Shown here in pieces: positions 20,004 to 30,700 of a stretch of 64,000 nt of DNA. Position numbers and translations under genes: made by a program. Location: assembly GCA_036269625.1 (NCBI GenBank), contig DATBEF010000140.1, forward strand, positions 188-64,187. The letters are read 5' to 3'. Below the pieces are notes generated by a model. It was not told the origin of the DNA. It did no database searches and saw nothing but the letters and a program-made list of their open reading frames with translations. The stretch is from Bryobacteraceae bacterium (GTDB taxonomy: Bacteria > Acidobacteriota > Terriglobia > Bryobacterales > Bryobacteraceae). The first letter of the stretch is position 1, and each line of letters starts with the position of its first letter.

Positions 20004-20675
20004 ATGAAAATTCTAATAGGCGCAATCGCGGTAATGTTAGCGGGCGTACCAATGTTCGCCCAAAAAACGGCGGACCGGTTGGCGGCGGCAACGGAAGACC
20101 TGAAAGATGCGATGAATGCCAATGACAAGGGTATTCCGCAGGATCTGTTTGACAAGGCCGCATGTGTAGTCGTGGTTCCGAACCTGAAACAAGGCGGATT
20201 TATCGTAGGCGCCAAGTATGGCCGGGGCTTCTTCACATGCCGCAGGCCGAGCGGTGTTGGCTGGACCGCGCCGGGCGCCATAAAAGTTGAAGGCGGAAAA
20301 TTCGGACTGCTAATTGGAGCGGCGGATACCAATATTGTCATGTTGGTTATGAACAAAGATGGCATGCACCACCTGGTCAGCGACAAATTCACTATCGGTG
20401 GCGATGCATCAGCGGCCGCCGGACCCATTGGCCGCGATTCCTCTGCTGAAACGGATGCAGAAATGCACGCCGAGATCCTGACCTATTCGCGTCAGCGTGG
20501 ACTTTACGGTGGCCTTTCGCTCGATGGTTCGACCATTCACGAGGACAAGGATGCTAACCGGGAGCTATATGGCCACGAGATTAAGAACTCGGCCCTGCTG
20601 ACCGAGCATGTTCAAACGCCTCCCGAGGCCGAAAGCTTCGTCCACGAACTCGATCGTATTTCGGGTCGCAAGTAA
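20004..20675 (+). CDS. SYLF (Ysc84/DUF500) lipid-binding domain protein, secreted
   Basis: Signal peptide MKILIGAIAVMLAGVPMFAQ. Motifs AACVVVVPNLKQGGFIVGAKYGRG, GKFGLLIGAADTNIVMLVMN and FTIGGDASAAAGPIGR are present. Confidence 0.8.
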   Translation: MKILIGAIAVMLAGVPMFAQKTADRLAAATEDLKDAMNANDKGIPQDLFDKAACVVVVPNLKQGGFIVGAKYGRGFFTCRRPSGVGWTAPGAIKVEGGKFGLLIGAADTNIVMLVMNKDGMHHLVSDKFTIGGDASAAAGPIGRDSSAETDAEMHAEILTYSRQRGLYGGLSLDGSTIHEDKDANRELYGHEIKNSALLTEHVQTPPEAESFVHELDRISGRK

Positions 20676-20702
20676 TCGCTCACCCCGCTTGATCGCCTAA
20701 AT

Positions 20703-20751
20703 GCCGCCAAGGCTGGCCCCAAAAAGGCTGGCTTGGCGGCTTTTGTGTTTT
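20703..20751 (+). terminator. candidate intrinsic terminator after the SYLF gene
   Basis: GCCGCCAAG (20703-20711) pairs with CTTGGCGGC (20732-20740) and is followed by TTTTGTGTTTT. The loop is long (20 nt), so this is only moderate. Confidence 0.4.
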
Positions 20752-20772
20752 GGGGCGCGAGACAATGAAAGC

Positions 20773-21765
20773 TTGAACGGAACACAACAGAGAATTGGGG
20801 TTGGACTTATCTTTGGCGGCCGCTCGGGCGAGCATGAAATTTCTTTGCGGTCCGCAGAGTCCGTGAAACGCGCGTTAGACCCCGACCGATACGTCCTGCA
20901 CGAGTTGTTCATCGACAAGGATGGCCGCTGGCATCCCGGTCCGCTAATTCCGGAACCCGGCGGAAACCCCGGTATTGACGTCGCCTTCCCACTGCTCCAC
21001 GGAACGTTTGGCGAAGATGGAACGCTACAGGGGCTGCTAGAACTGGCAGCGTTGCCTTATGTGGGGGCCGGTGTGCTCGCCTCTGCCGTCGCCATGGATA
21101 AGGGCGTTATGAAACGCCTCTGCAAGGAGGCGGGTCTGCCCGTAGTCGAGTACGTTACGCTCTTCCGCGGACAGTTCGATCCCAAGTGTTTGCCCCTTCC
21201 ATTCGATTTCCCTGTTTTCGTAAAGCCAGCGAACCTCGGCTCCTCCGTCGGCATTACGAAGGCCAAAAGCTGTGCGGAACTGGAGCGGGCCTTAGAAACT
21301 GCCGCGCAATACGACCGGAAAATAGTGGTGGAGCGCGGCGTGAAAGGACGTGAGTTTGAGTGTGCTGTTCTCGGCGGCGAGGAACCGCTGGCCTCGATCC
21401 CCTGCGAGATCATCCCGTCACAAGAGTTCTATACCTACGAAGATAAGTATCTGCTCGATCAGGCGCGTATTGAACTCCCAGCCAATTTAAGCGAGGAGCA
21501 GACTCGGACCATGCAGGAGTTAGCTGTCGGTTGTTTTGAAGCAGTGGGTTGCGAAGGTATGGGCCGAGTGGATTTTCTGATGGAGAGCGAAACCGGGCAA
21601 TTTTTTGTAAATGAGATCAACACCATTCCCGGGTTTACGTCGATTAGTATGTTCCCCAAAATGTGGGAGTACTCCGGGCTGTCCTATCCAGCATTGCTGG
21701 ATCGCCTAATACAACTGGCACTTAGCCGAGCGCAGACGCGGTCCGGGATTCGCTACTCACTTTGA
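20773..21765 (+). CDS. ddl: D-alanine--D-alanine ligase
   Basis: RIGVGLIFGGRSGEHEISLRSA N-terminus and ATP-grasp core. ORF track starts at 20701, but that stretch contains the terminator-like hairpin. TTG 20773 gives the canonical N-terminus. Confidence 0.85.
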   Translation: MNGTQQRIGVGLIFGGRSGEHEISLRSAESVKRALDPDRYVLHELFIDKDGRWHPGPLIPEPGGNPGIDVAFPLLHGTFGEDGTLQGLLELAALPYVGAGVLASAVAMDKGVMKRLCKEAGLPVVEYVTLFRGQFDPKCLPLPFDFPVFVKPANLGSSVGITKAKSCAELERALETAAQYDRKIVVERGVKGREFECAVLGGEEPLASIPCEIIPSQEFYTYEDKYLLDQARIELPANLSEEQTRTMQELAVGCFEAVGCEGMGRVDFLMESETGQFFVNEINTIPGFTSISMFPKMWEYSGLSYPALLDRLIQLALSRAQTRSGIRYSL

Positions 21766-23345
21766 ACGCTCTAATCATGAATCAAATTGGAAGAATCCTC
21801 GTTGTCCTGTGCTTGGTGGCCTCGGTACATGCGCAGAGCGGCATACACAATGTCGCAAAACCGCCCGTTCCGTCGGCGGCTCCTCCGGTGAACGCAGCGA
21901 ATCCAGTGAATCACGACCTTCCGCCAAATCCGACGGAGGGCATCGACCACTTAATGAAGCAGTTCGTCGAAACGCTGGCTCTGGTGCAAGATCAGAGCGC
22001 TGAGGCTGTGCCACTCGATAAATTGATTTACGAAGGCGCCATCCCTTCCATGTTGCGCCAACTCGACCCGCATACGCAGTTTTTCGACCCATCGCAGTTC
22101 CAACAGCTCAGACAAATGGAGGACTCCGAGCAGAAGGGATTCGGCAGCGTGGTATCGGTATTGCCGGGCCAGGTGATCTTCCTCCAGACGCTTCCCGGCA
22201 CGCCTTCCAACAAGGCTGGTATCCAGCCTGGAGACGAGTTGGTAGCAATCAACAACGTGGCCATAGCCCGGCTCGAGCCCGAACAGATCGTACAACTCTT
22301 GACGGAGGCACGGCAGCAGCGCGTGACGGCTTACATTCGCCGCCAAGGCTCTGCGCGAGTATTAGCGTTTGTGCTGACCCCAGAGTTGGTGGATGCTCCG
22401 AGCGTGTCTCGCGCCTTCATCCTGGCCCCAGAGATCGGTTACATCCGTATCGAAAGTTGGGATGTGCAGACCGCGGGTCAGTTGAAGGCCGCTATCGAGA
22501 AGCTTGGGGGCGACTCGCTCAAGGGTCTCGTGATCGATCTACGCAACAATCCCGGCGGCGTAGTCAAGGCTTCGCTCGATGCAGCCGCGATGTTTCTTGA
22601 GCCCGGTCAAAAGATTCTCACGGCGAAGGGACGTATCGGAGAAGGCGAAGCCGCTGAGGTACCCAAATACGCTAAACCATACAAGTTCAAAATGGCCGTA
22701 ATCGTGAACGCAAAGACCGCCAGTGCATCCGAGATTTTGGCCGGAGCACTGCAGGATCACGATCGCGCGACGATCGTGGGCGAACCCAGCTATGGGAAAG
22801 GTTTGGTACAGACTGTTCTGCCGCTTTCGAATGGCGCGGGTCTGGCGATCACGACGGCTTTCTATTACACTCCAAGCGGTCGTTCCATTCAACATCCATT
22901 ACAGAATTCGGCGCTCTCCGACACCTTTCAAAAAGTAGCTGACCGCGATCGCCCTAGATATCTGACAGATCATGGCCGGACGGTGCTGGGCGGCGGCGGC
23001 ATACAGCCCGATATAACCGTCGGACTCTATATTCCGAACCGCCTGGAGGAGGTGATCGACAACAGTGCATCGGTCACGAACTTCGCCACACAGTATCTGC
23101 AGGCCCACACGCCGCTGCCTACGAATTTCGAAGTGACTCCCGAAATCGTCGACGAATTCGAGGTCTTCCTCGCATCGCGCAACATCCAGCCAAGCGTGGC
23201 AGAGTGGACGTCCGAGCGAAGCTGGATCATCAGCCGTCTAAAGGAAGAGATCCTGACCCAGGCCCGCGGTGTAGCCGGTGGGGACGAGATCGCAGCCCAG
23301 CGCGACCCACAAACATTAGCTGCTTTGAAAGCGGTTGAGCAGTAG
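21762..23345 (+). CDS. S41 family C-terminal processing peptidase with PDZ domain
   Basis: Signal peptide. PDZ (GIQPGDELVAINNV). Motifs DLRNNPGG and SASASEILAGALQDHDRATIVGEPSYGKG are present. Confidence 0.85.
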   Translation: MNALIMNQIGRILVVLCLVASVHAQSGIHNVAKPPVPSAAPPVNAANPVNHDLPPNPTEGIDHLMKQFVETLALVQDQSAEAVPLDKLIYEGAIPSMLRQLDPHTQFFDPSQFQQLRQMEDSEQKGFGSVVSVLPGQVIFLQTLPGTPSNKAGIQPGDELVAINNVAIARLEPEQIVQLLTEARQQRVTAYIRRQGSARVLAFVLTPELVDAPSVSRAFILAPEIGYIRIESWDVQTAGQLKAAIEKLGGDSLKGLVIDLRNNPGGVVKASLDAAAMFLEPGQKILTAKGRIGEGEAAEVPKYAKPYKFKMAVIVNAKTASASEILAGALQDHDRATIVGEPSYGKGLVQTVLPLSNGAGLAITTAFYYTPSGRSIQHPLQNSALSDTFQKVADRDRPRYLTDHGRTVLGGGGIQPDITVGLYIPNRLEEVIDNSASVTNFATQYLQAHTPLPTNFEVTPEIVDEFEVFLASRNIQPSVAEWTSERSWIISRLKEEILTQARGVAGGDEIAAQRDPQTLAALKAVEQ

Positions 23346-23566
23346 CTGAGCAGGGTTGTTCAGCAGAGGGGTGTGCGACATAAAAGTGGAAGTTAAGCCG
23401 CCCGGCGCGCTTCCCAGTAATCTTCTCGAAGCGGCCGTTGAGGACACAACATCGCAGAGCGATGATCGAGTTGGCGCCGGAATTCGACGATAATATCGCG
23501 GGCTTTTCTTTCTTTCAGAAGTTCGACCGGACGTCTTCACGCAAATTGGCTCGACATCGGTCTTTA

Positions 23567-24472
23567 TCACCAGGAAAGCCGAAGGATTTCTTCAATGGCT
23601 CTGCCGACTTCATCGGGAGCTTCGGCCGGAGGACAATGTCCAACGTTCGGGAGAACTCGGCGCTCGTAATGGCCACTGAACTGGCATTCCTGCCCTTCGG
23701 AAGTCGATGGCGGATTCACGCTGTCGCATTCCCCGTGCAGCACAACCGTGGTGGCCGCGATCTTCGGCATCTGTGCGAGCCGCTCTTCCAGTAAATCCAG
23801 ATCCGGAGCTCCGGCGGCGTTTCCATAACGATGACGATATGACTGGATCACCGTAGCGACAAAATCAGGATTATCGAAGGACTTCGCGGTTGTTTCGAAA
23901 AGGCCGTTTTCAAGCTGCCAGGTAGGCGACCACATTCTCCACATTAACCTGCAGAGTGCGTGCCGATTCTGTTCCAGTCCTGCTCTGCCTCGTTCCGTCT
24001 GAAAATACCACTGATACCAGAATTGGTGTTCCTGCTCCGCAGACTCCGGAGCCGCGGCGGCCTTGGCGATGTCTTGAATCGTATAGCCGCCAACTGAGAC
24101 CAGCGCCCGAACCCGTGCCGGCCACAGTGCAGCCGCCACACAGGCTGCGCGACTGCCCCAATCGTAGCCCACAAGCGTTGCGCGTTCGATCTGCAAGGCG
24201 TCAAGCAGATCAACAACGTCTCTTCCCAGCGCGGCTTGCTGTCCGGAGCGCACGATATCAGCCGAACGATAGCGTGTAGGGCCGAACCCACGCAGGTAAG
24301 GCACGATCACGCGGCAGCCCGCTGAAGAGATGCGATCGCGAACCCCGTCGTACTCGCGTACATCGTAGGGAAACCCGTGGAGAAGCAGGACCGGATCGCC
24401 CGATGCCGGCCCGGTCTCCTCATATACAAGGTGAAGCTCAGGGGTTACGACGGAAAGAACACCGGGCTGCAC
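23567..24472 (-). CDS. alpha/beta hydrolase (epoxide-hydrolase/haloalkane-dehalogenase-like)
   Basis: VLLLHGFPYDVREY and nucleophile motif GYDWGS are present; 301 aa. Confidence 0.8.
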   Translation of the reverse strand: MQPGVLSVVTPELHLVYEETGPASGDPVLLLHGFPYDVREYDGVRDRISSAGCRVIVPYLRGFGPTRYRSADIVRSGQQAALGRDVVDLLDALQIERATLVGYDWGSRAACVAAALWPARVRALVSVGGYTIQDIAKAAAAPESAEQEHQFWYQWYFQTERGRAGLEQNRHALCRLMWRMWSPTWQLENGLFETTAKSFDNPDFVATVIQSYRHRYGNAAGAPDLDLLEERLAQMPKIAATTVVLHGECDSVNPPSTSEGQECQFSGHYERRVLPNVGHCPPAEAPDEVGRAIEEILRLSW

Positions 24473-24478
24473 GCGCCT

Positions 24479-25105
24479 TCACCATTCGCCGGGTGCGATC
24501 TTCGTGTCCGTATACGGCTCGGCCCACAATGCAATTTGCAACTGCAGAGACTTACACCACGCACTGTGCATCTTCTCGACGTCTTCGCTGGAGTGGCCCT
24601 TAGCCGCAAGGAATGGCTTGGTCGTCTGGTTAATAACGGCGGTGAACGCGATGATGTCGCGCAGCGGGACATAAGAAGTTGACTGAACCCCATCCACCTT
24701 GTTTTTCTTCACGCCCGTATGTCGCAGCGCTATTTCCTGCTGATAATTGAGCCAGTCTTGATCGTATGGACGCAGGCACGTATCCAAGATCCATTGTTGA
24801 AATCTCAGCCCGCTATCTTCTGAATAGTGGGCGATCGGCTTTCCGTCAGGGCTGCGCGAGTGTTTTGAGAGGTGAGGCGTTTTTGAGATTACGCCCCGCC
24901 ATGTGTCTACAAGCGCCTTCGTTTGGTCAGCCAGTACATCGCCGGCCATTCTCAGGTACTCCTCATCTTGCTGAGTAAAGCCGACACTGTGCTTCAGCTG
25001 CTCCAACTCTGCTACAGATATCGGCGAGCGCTCTGTGTCGCGTGTGCCGTACGTGTAACCTGGGATTTCTTCAGCGACCATCTTCGGCCCGATCATCGTC
25101 TTCAT
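24479..25105 (-). CDS. single-domain protoglobin
   Basis: IPGYTYGT, SPISVAELEQLKHSVGFTQQDEEYLRMAG, WILDTCLRPYDQDWLNYQQEIALRH and KPFLAAKGHSSEDVEKMHSAWCKSLQLQIALW are near-colinear with archaeal protoglobin as I recall it. Confidence 0.85.
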   Translation of the reverse strand: MKTMIGPKMVAEEIPGYTYGTRDTERSPISVAELEQLKHSVGFTQQDEEYLRMAGDVLADQTKALVDTWRGVISKTPHLSKHSRSPDGKPIAHYSEDSGLRFQQWILDTCLRPYDQDWLNYQQEIALRHTGVKKNKVDGVQSTSYVPLRDIIAFTAVINQTTKPFLAAKGHSSEDVEKMHSAWCKSLQLQIALWAEPYTDTKIAPGEW

Positions 25106-25341
25106 ATTCTGTTCTCCTCTTATAACCGCAAGAACTCACTACGATTTGAGAACAGCGGGTTGTCACCACATCATTGTGCAGACAAATCCGCTTGTCGGGA
25201 CTCTGGCCGTTGTTCAAAGTGAGCGACCCGGAGCCTTCGATTGTTGGACGGCTGCGACCAACGTTTTGCAACGGCGGCTTTCGGTTTTCACAGTGTCTTT
25301 AACGGTGTAATGGCAAGTAGACCCGGGAAACCTGCCATTTC

Positions 25342-25821
25342 GTGCAAATTGAATCCAGAGTGCTGGGCGCTAATGACATGAAGGGGACCGCTTTGCGCTA
25401 CGGATTTTTTTATGGACGAGGGACGTGGTTCGCGAATGACGGCGATGTCGCGAATGATGTTCGTGATCGCAAATGTCCCTTGGTGGATTCGGGAAGAGCC
25501 ATCTGGTCATGGGTCCACGTTGAAGATGCCACGGCCGCTACGGTTGCGGCGCTCGATTGCGCTCCAGGCGTCTACAATATTGTTGATAACGAGCCATCCG
25601 AAATTCGGTTTGGCTCCCGGCATTTGCGAAGGCAATCGGAGCGCCCGAACCGCCGCAGCTTGGCGAGGAGGAAGCACTTCAGCGCTTTGGATCTGATTTC
25701 GTTTACTATGCGACCCAATTGCGGGGCGCATCGAATGCAAAAGCGAAACGCCGAGTTTGGTTTCGCGCCAAGACGATTGGAATGGCTGATGCAAACAGGG
25801 GCTATGACCTCGGGCAGGTAG
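25342..25821 (+). pseudogene. NAD-dependent epimerase/dehydratase (SDR) C-terminal remnant, frameshifted
   Basis: ALRYGFFYGRGTWF..WVHVEDATAATVAAL..GVYNIVDNEPSEI sits in one frame. VWLPAFAKAIGAPEPPQLGEEEALQRFGSDFVYYATQLRGASNAKAKR follows in another, then FGFAPRRLEWL back in the first. There is a stop directly upstream, so the Rossmann half is missing. Confidence 0.7.
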
Positions 25822-25870
25822 CCGCGACACGCTGGGGATTTCGGAGCTCGCTGCGTGCTGACTTCAGGAA

Positions 25871-26395
25871 ATGAGGGTGGCCGTGAGTATTTTCATTGCA
25901 CTGCTGCGTGGGATCAATGTCGGCGGAACGGGCGTGCTACCGATGAAAGAGTTAGCTGGTCTATGCTCAGGGCTCGGCTTTCAAGCGGCCCGCACTTACA
26001 TCCAGAGCGGGAATGTCATCTTTGAAAGCTGTCTGTCTGAAGAAGATGTCCGATCATCTCTGGAGAAAGCACTAGCCACAAGGATGGGAAAGAACATTGA
26101 CGTGATCGTGCGTACACCAGCAGAGATGCGATCCGTCCTAAAAAGCAATCCGTTCCCCGATAAAGAGCCGGCAAAAGTCGCGGTGGCTTTCCTCCGTGGA
26201 CCGCCACCTAAGGATCTGATGAAGAATGCGGCCGCCCCTGGTGGGGAGCAGGTTAAGGCAGGTAAGCGGGAGGTTTACATTTTTTACCCCGACGGAATGG
26301 GGCGCTCAAAGCTGAAGCTTCCATTGAATGGGGCAGCCGCAACTGTCAGGAACATCAACACAGTGACCAAGCTCGTTGCGCTGACAGAAAGTTGA
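25871..26395 (+). CDS. DUF1697 domain protein
   Basis: IALLRGINVGGTGVLPMKELAGLCSGLGFQAARTYIQSGNVIFES. Confidence 0.8.
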   Translation: MRVAVSIFIALLRGINVGGTGVLPMKELAGLCSGLGFQAARTYIQSGNVIFESCLSEEDVRSSLEKALATRMGKNIDVIVRTPAEMRSVLKSNPFPDKEPAKVAVAFLRGPPPKDLMKNAAAPGGEQVKAGKREVYIFYPDGMGRSKLKLPLNGAAATVRNINTVTKLVALTES

Positions 26396-26398
26396 GAT

Positions 26399-26848
26399 GT
26401 GGTTCCCGATTCGATTTCTCCGTCGGCTTCAGCTTGCTTCCTGAGAAGTGCTGACCGGCTATCTCGGCGGCGCGCGTCACAAGGGGGAGCGATTCACTGG
26501 CCCATACATCAATACCTACTTGAACTACGGTGGCAACCACAATCGAAGGAAAGACATCTAAACGGCACCTGGGAGCTGATCTCCGGACAGCCGCTCTCCA
26601 AAGGAGCACGGGAGATCAAGATAATTTCAGGAGGACACTTCATCTTTGTTCCTTACGATAGGGAGAAAGGGAAGCCGCATTATACAGGCGGTGGAACTTA
26701 CATTCTTACGTCTGTGGAATCGAGTCAATCTCGTGCGTCTGGTGGGCGCCGGTATCGCATGGGTCATTGCCGCGCGCCTGCTATCTCGAATGAGAAGTAC
26801 GCGTTAATGATGGGATCGGACGCCGCTTACATAAAACTGGGTGGTTAG
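26399..26848 (+). pseudogene. possible lipocalin-like-domain gene remnant
   Basis: Only the middle (LNGTWELISGQPLSKGAREIKIISGGHFIFVPYDREKGKPHYTGGGTYIL) looks like a lipocalin-like domain. The N- and C-terminal parts of the ORF look non-protein-like. Confidence 0.3.
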
Positions 26849-26908
26849 GGCAACGCGGTTATCAACTCGATAACAGCGGCGTCGCGTGGCCTGGCAAGTA
26901 AGAATCTT

Positions 26909-27715
26909 CTACGAATCGTCGAATGATCCGGGTTCATCAGCCGCTGCGACCGGTGATATGAGATCGATCAGTATCGCGATCACCAGAACGATTAGCGCAG
27001 CCAAAACGGCAAGTAAGCCGTAGCGATTATGCAGGAACGCGCCGCAGAACGCTCCTATGATGTAACTTAGCCAGAGAACAGCGGTCAGAGCTGCATGCCG
27101 CGCATATCTATGCCTCGGTGTGACCTGAAGAGCCTTCCACAGACGTTTCCGGAGCCGCCCTCGGGTGCGGTCGTAGAACCAAAATGCATACTGTGTCGCG
27201 GCCTCGGCGAACTTGGCGAGCGAGCCCGTAAGATATGTCGTGTAAACGCGCAGGCCTGCAACACGCGTGACGGTAACTGTTTGGATTCCCATCGCCGCAG
27301 CGGGTAAGGCGATGAGAGCGTAAAAATTGGAGGCCTGCTTCAATTCTCCATTTACGGAGTAGCGCATGCCGAACCACATGAACGCGGCGAGTAACGCCAG
27401 CTCAGTGAAGAGTGCGATGGAGAATGAGGAATGCCAGCCATGCCGCCGCGCGGCAGCGGTTGTTCCCGCGCTGAAGAGCAGTCCCAAGACAAAAGGTACG
27501 ATCGGCCATGCATGCCGAGAGGCTTGCTCCCAATCGCCGCCGAATAAATTGACTCCCGCGGCGGCCGTGTTCCCGGTCATATGGGCCGCGTAGACGTGAA
27601 GAAGCGCAAGCCAACCTACAGCGTCGATCAGACCTGCGGCCCAACTCATCGCCGCCGTAAGGCAAGCCTTTATGCCTGCTCTAAGCGGCTTCCGTATCTT
27701 CCTGGCAAACGGCAT
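26909..27715 (-). CDS. YoaK/DUF1275 family membrane protein
   Basis: GLIDAVGWLALLHVYAAHMTGNTAAAGV and multiple TM segments are present. Confidence 0.8.
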   Translation of the reverse strand: MPFARKIRKPLRAGIKACLTAAMSWAAGLIDAVGWLALLHVYAAHMTGNTAAAGVNLFGGDWEQASRHAWPIVPFVLGLLFSAGTTAAARRHGWHSSFSIALFTELALLAAFMWFGMRYSVNGELKQASNFYALIALPAAAMGIQTVTVTRVAGLRVYTTYLTGSLAKFAEAATQYAFWFYDRTRGRLRKRLWKALQVTPRHRYARHAALTAVLWLSYIIGAFCGAFLHNRYGLLAVLAALIVLVIAILIDLISPVAAADEPGSFDDS

Positions 27716-27730
27716 CTGACGAGCTACCGC

Positions 27731-30700
27731 TCATTGCGCCGGCATGAATCGTGTCTTTTTCTCTCCTTTGGACAATAACAAAAGACCGCCTGTGACCAGC
27801 AGACCCGCTCCAACGGCTGCAGTGAGAGTGGGATACGAAGGCGTTTCCTGCATCCATCCGGTCTCGACGTAATGCTTTTTGCGAGGTGACGGCGCCTGAT
27901 GCCTCGCCATTTGGAGTACCTCTGCCAGGTGCAAGGCATGCCGTGGCGTCGCGTGCAAGATCTGCTCGCGGCAACTGAATCCGTCGGTGATGACGAGCGT
28001 GTCTCGACCAGCGCTTCGGACGCGCGGCAATAGGACGCGTTCGCCTATCTTCATCGAAATATCGTAATGATTCTCTTCGTATCCGAACGAGCCGGCGAGC
28101 CCACAACAGCCTGAATCGAGCAGTTCGGCTTCCAGCCCCATGCGAGAGAAGATGGCTTGCTCATTCGCTGTCCCGAACAAAGCTTTCTGATGGCAGTGGG
28201 CATGCAGCAGCGCGGTACGTTTTAATGTCGGAGGAGCGTAGTTTATGCGATTGAGAAACTCTCCAAACGTGAGCGTTTGATGCCGTAACCGTTGCGCGTC
28301 TTCGTCGGATGGAAACAGATTCGTCAACTCGTCACGGAATACGGACGCACAACTGGGCTCGAGGACAACCATCGGCGTGCCGGCAATAATCTGTGGACGC
28401 AGGACCTCCAGAATTTCGCGAAGCTGGTGCTTCGCCTGATCGAGTAAACCGTAGTCGAACAGAGGACGGCCGCAGCAGAGAGGGCGTAACGGCACCTGAA
28501 CGCGATAGCCCGCAGATTCCAACACTTCGACTGCAGCCTGAGCGGTGTGCGGAAAGAAATGATTGTTGAAGGTATCGGCCCATAGTGTAACAACTGGCCG
28601 CGTATCGGTTCCCCGACTCGTTTCGGCTGCACGCCTCTCAAACCAAGTCTTGAATGTAGGGTTGGCGAATGAGGGCAGTTTACGGCGTTGCGTGACACCC
28701 GCCATAGCCTTTGCCAGATTCGAGAGTCCGGGGGTCTGCGCGACCAAATTCGCAATGTCCGGAGCGCGTGAAGCGAGGTTCGCCCATTGGAAGATCTGCC
28801 CCATCGCATGAGCGCTTGCAGGGCGAAGCCGGCCCTCATAATAGTGATGAAGAAATTCGGCCTTGTACGTGGCGACATCGACGTTCACTGGGCAATCGCC
28901 TTTGCAACCCTTGCAAGCAAGGCACAGGTCGAGAGCGTCCTTTATGTGTTCGTCGCGCCAGCCGTCCTGGATGACTTCGCCCCGCAGCATCTCGAATAAC
29001 ATGCGAGTTCGGCCACGCGTGCTATGCATTTCTTCACGCGTGGCATGAAAGCTGGGACACATCGTCCCGCCGTTCATACCGCGGCATTTGCCCACTCCGA
29101 AACACCGTTCGGTAGCCTGCGCCAAGCTGCCGTGGTCCCCAGGAAACTGGAATACGGTCAGGACCGGCTTCGGCCGATAGTCGGGCCCTTCACGCAAGTT
29201 GCTGTCCAGAGGATACGGATCCACCACCTTACCCGGATTCATGCGCCACTCGGGATCCCAAGCCGATTTGAATTCGCGAAACGCCTGGATGATCTCGGGG
29301 CCGAACATGATGGGAAGCAACTCCGCTCGAGCCTGACCGTCGCCATGTTCGCCCGAAAGAGATCCTCCGTGGCGAACGACAGTATGGGCCGCTTCCGTCA
29401 TGAACGCGCGGAAGTTCTTTACGCCTTCGGCAGTTTTAGGATTGAAGCTGATCCGGGTATGGATACAGCCGTCACCAAAATGTCCGAAGAGTGTACAAAC
29501 ATACCCGTGCTTGTCAAGAAGTCTATAGAAATCGCGCAGGTAATCGCCAACCTTCTCGGGAGGAACCGCGGCGTCTTCCCAACTGGGCCGGGAGTCTTCT
29601 TCGCCCGGCACTCGGCTGGCGCCCACTCCTGATTCGCGGATCTTTATGACTTGCTGGTAATCGGCAGGCCTGTCAAGCAAATGGATTCCGAGCTGATCAT
29701 GATCTGCATCTCGAATTTTCCTGATGGCAGATCTCGCCTTTCGCGCAGCCTCATCTTGCGTATCACCGCCGAATTCGACTAGCAACCACGTGTCGCCTTG
29801 GGGTAGTAGATGCACTCCTTCGGGCGAGTTGCCTTTGCGAATTTCGTTTTCAATCAGGTGCTTCTGAAATCCTTCCAACGCGATCGGATTCACCAGGCGC
29901 CGGATGGGAGCGGCGTGATCTCCTGCTACGAAAACATTGGGATAACCGATCACGATCCAGGCCCGGTGCGGCGGACTGGGGAGCAGACGCATCTTAGCCC
30001 GCAATACAAGAACGCAAGTGCTCTCGGTTCCGACCAGCGCCTTGGCTACGTTGAAGCCGCGCTCGGGCAGAAGTTCGTCGAGATTGTATCCTGAAACGCG
30101 CCGGGGAATATCGGGATAACGCTCTCGAATGTGGGCGGCATAGCGATCACGAATGCTCTTGAGCTTTGCGTAGATCTCTCCCTTTCGTCCGCCCTTCTTA
30201 ATAACGGCGCTCAGGTCGGACTCGCTGGTGGGACCGACATGCATTCGGAGCCCATCGTATGTCAGAATCTCCAACTCTTCCGTATTCTCGACAGTTTTTC
30301 CGCCCATGACCGTATGGGCGCCACAGGAGTTATTCCCGATCATCCCGCCAAGCGTGCAATACTCGTGCGTTGCGGGATCGGGGGCGAGGGTCAAGTGATA
30401 CTTCTCGGTCGCATTCCGCAGATGGTCGTTGATAAGCCCCGGTTCAACCCACGCATATCTCTTGTGCGGATTGATCTCGACGATGTTGTTGAGGTATTTG
30501 GAAAAATCTATAACGACAGCCACGTTGCAGCATTGGCCGGCGAGACTAGTGCCGCAGCCTCTGGCGAGTATCGGAATTTTCCGTTCATGACAAACCGCAA
30601 CAGTATGTACAACATCTTCGATCGATCTGGGAACCACTACACCGATTGGCACCTGCCGATACATGGATAGATCGGATGCGTACAGCGCCTTCGAACCAGG

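Noticed and set aside
23346-23566. Convergent 220-nt intergenic region with a short protein-like frame (..LKERKARDIIVEFRRQLDHRS..), considered as a small antitoxin-like gene.
   Set aside because: There is no start codon in frame, the frame is broken upstream, and the only long ORFs here (23316..23570, 23438..23794) look like noise. There is not enough support.
28324-29632. ORFs 28324..28878 (minus, alternative frame) and 29024..29632 (plus) inside the YdiJ-like gene.
   Set aside because: These are shadow ORFs within a 1020-aa gene that has clear FAD, Fe-S and CCG motifs in its own frame.
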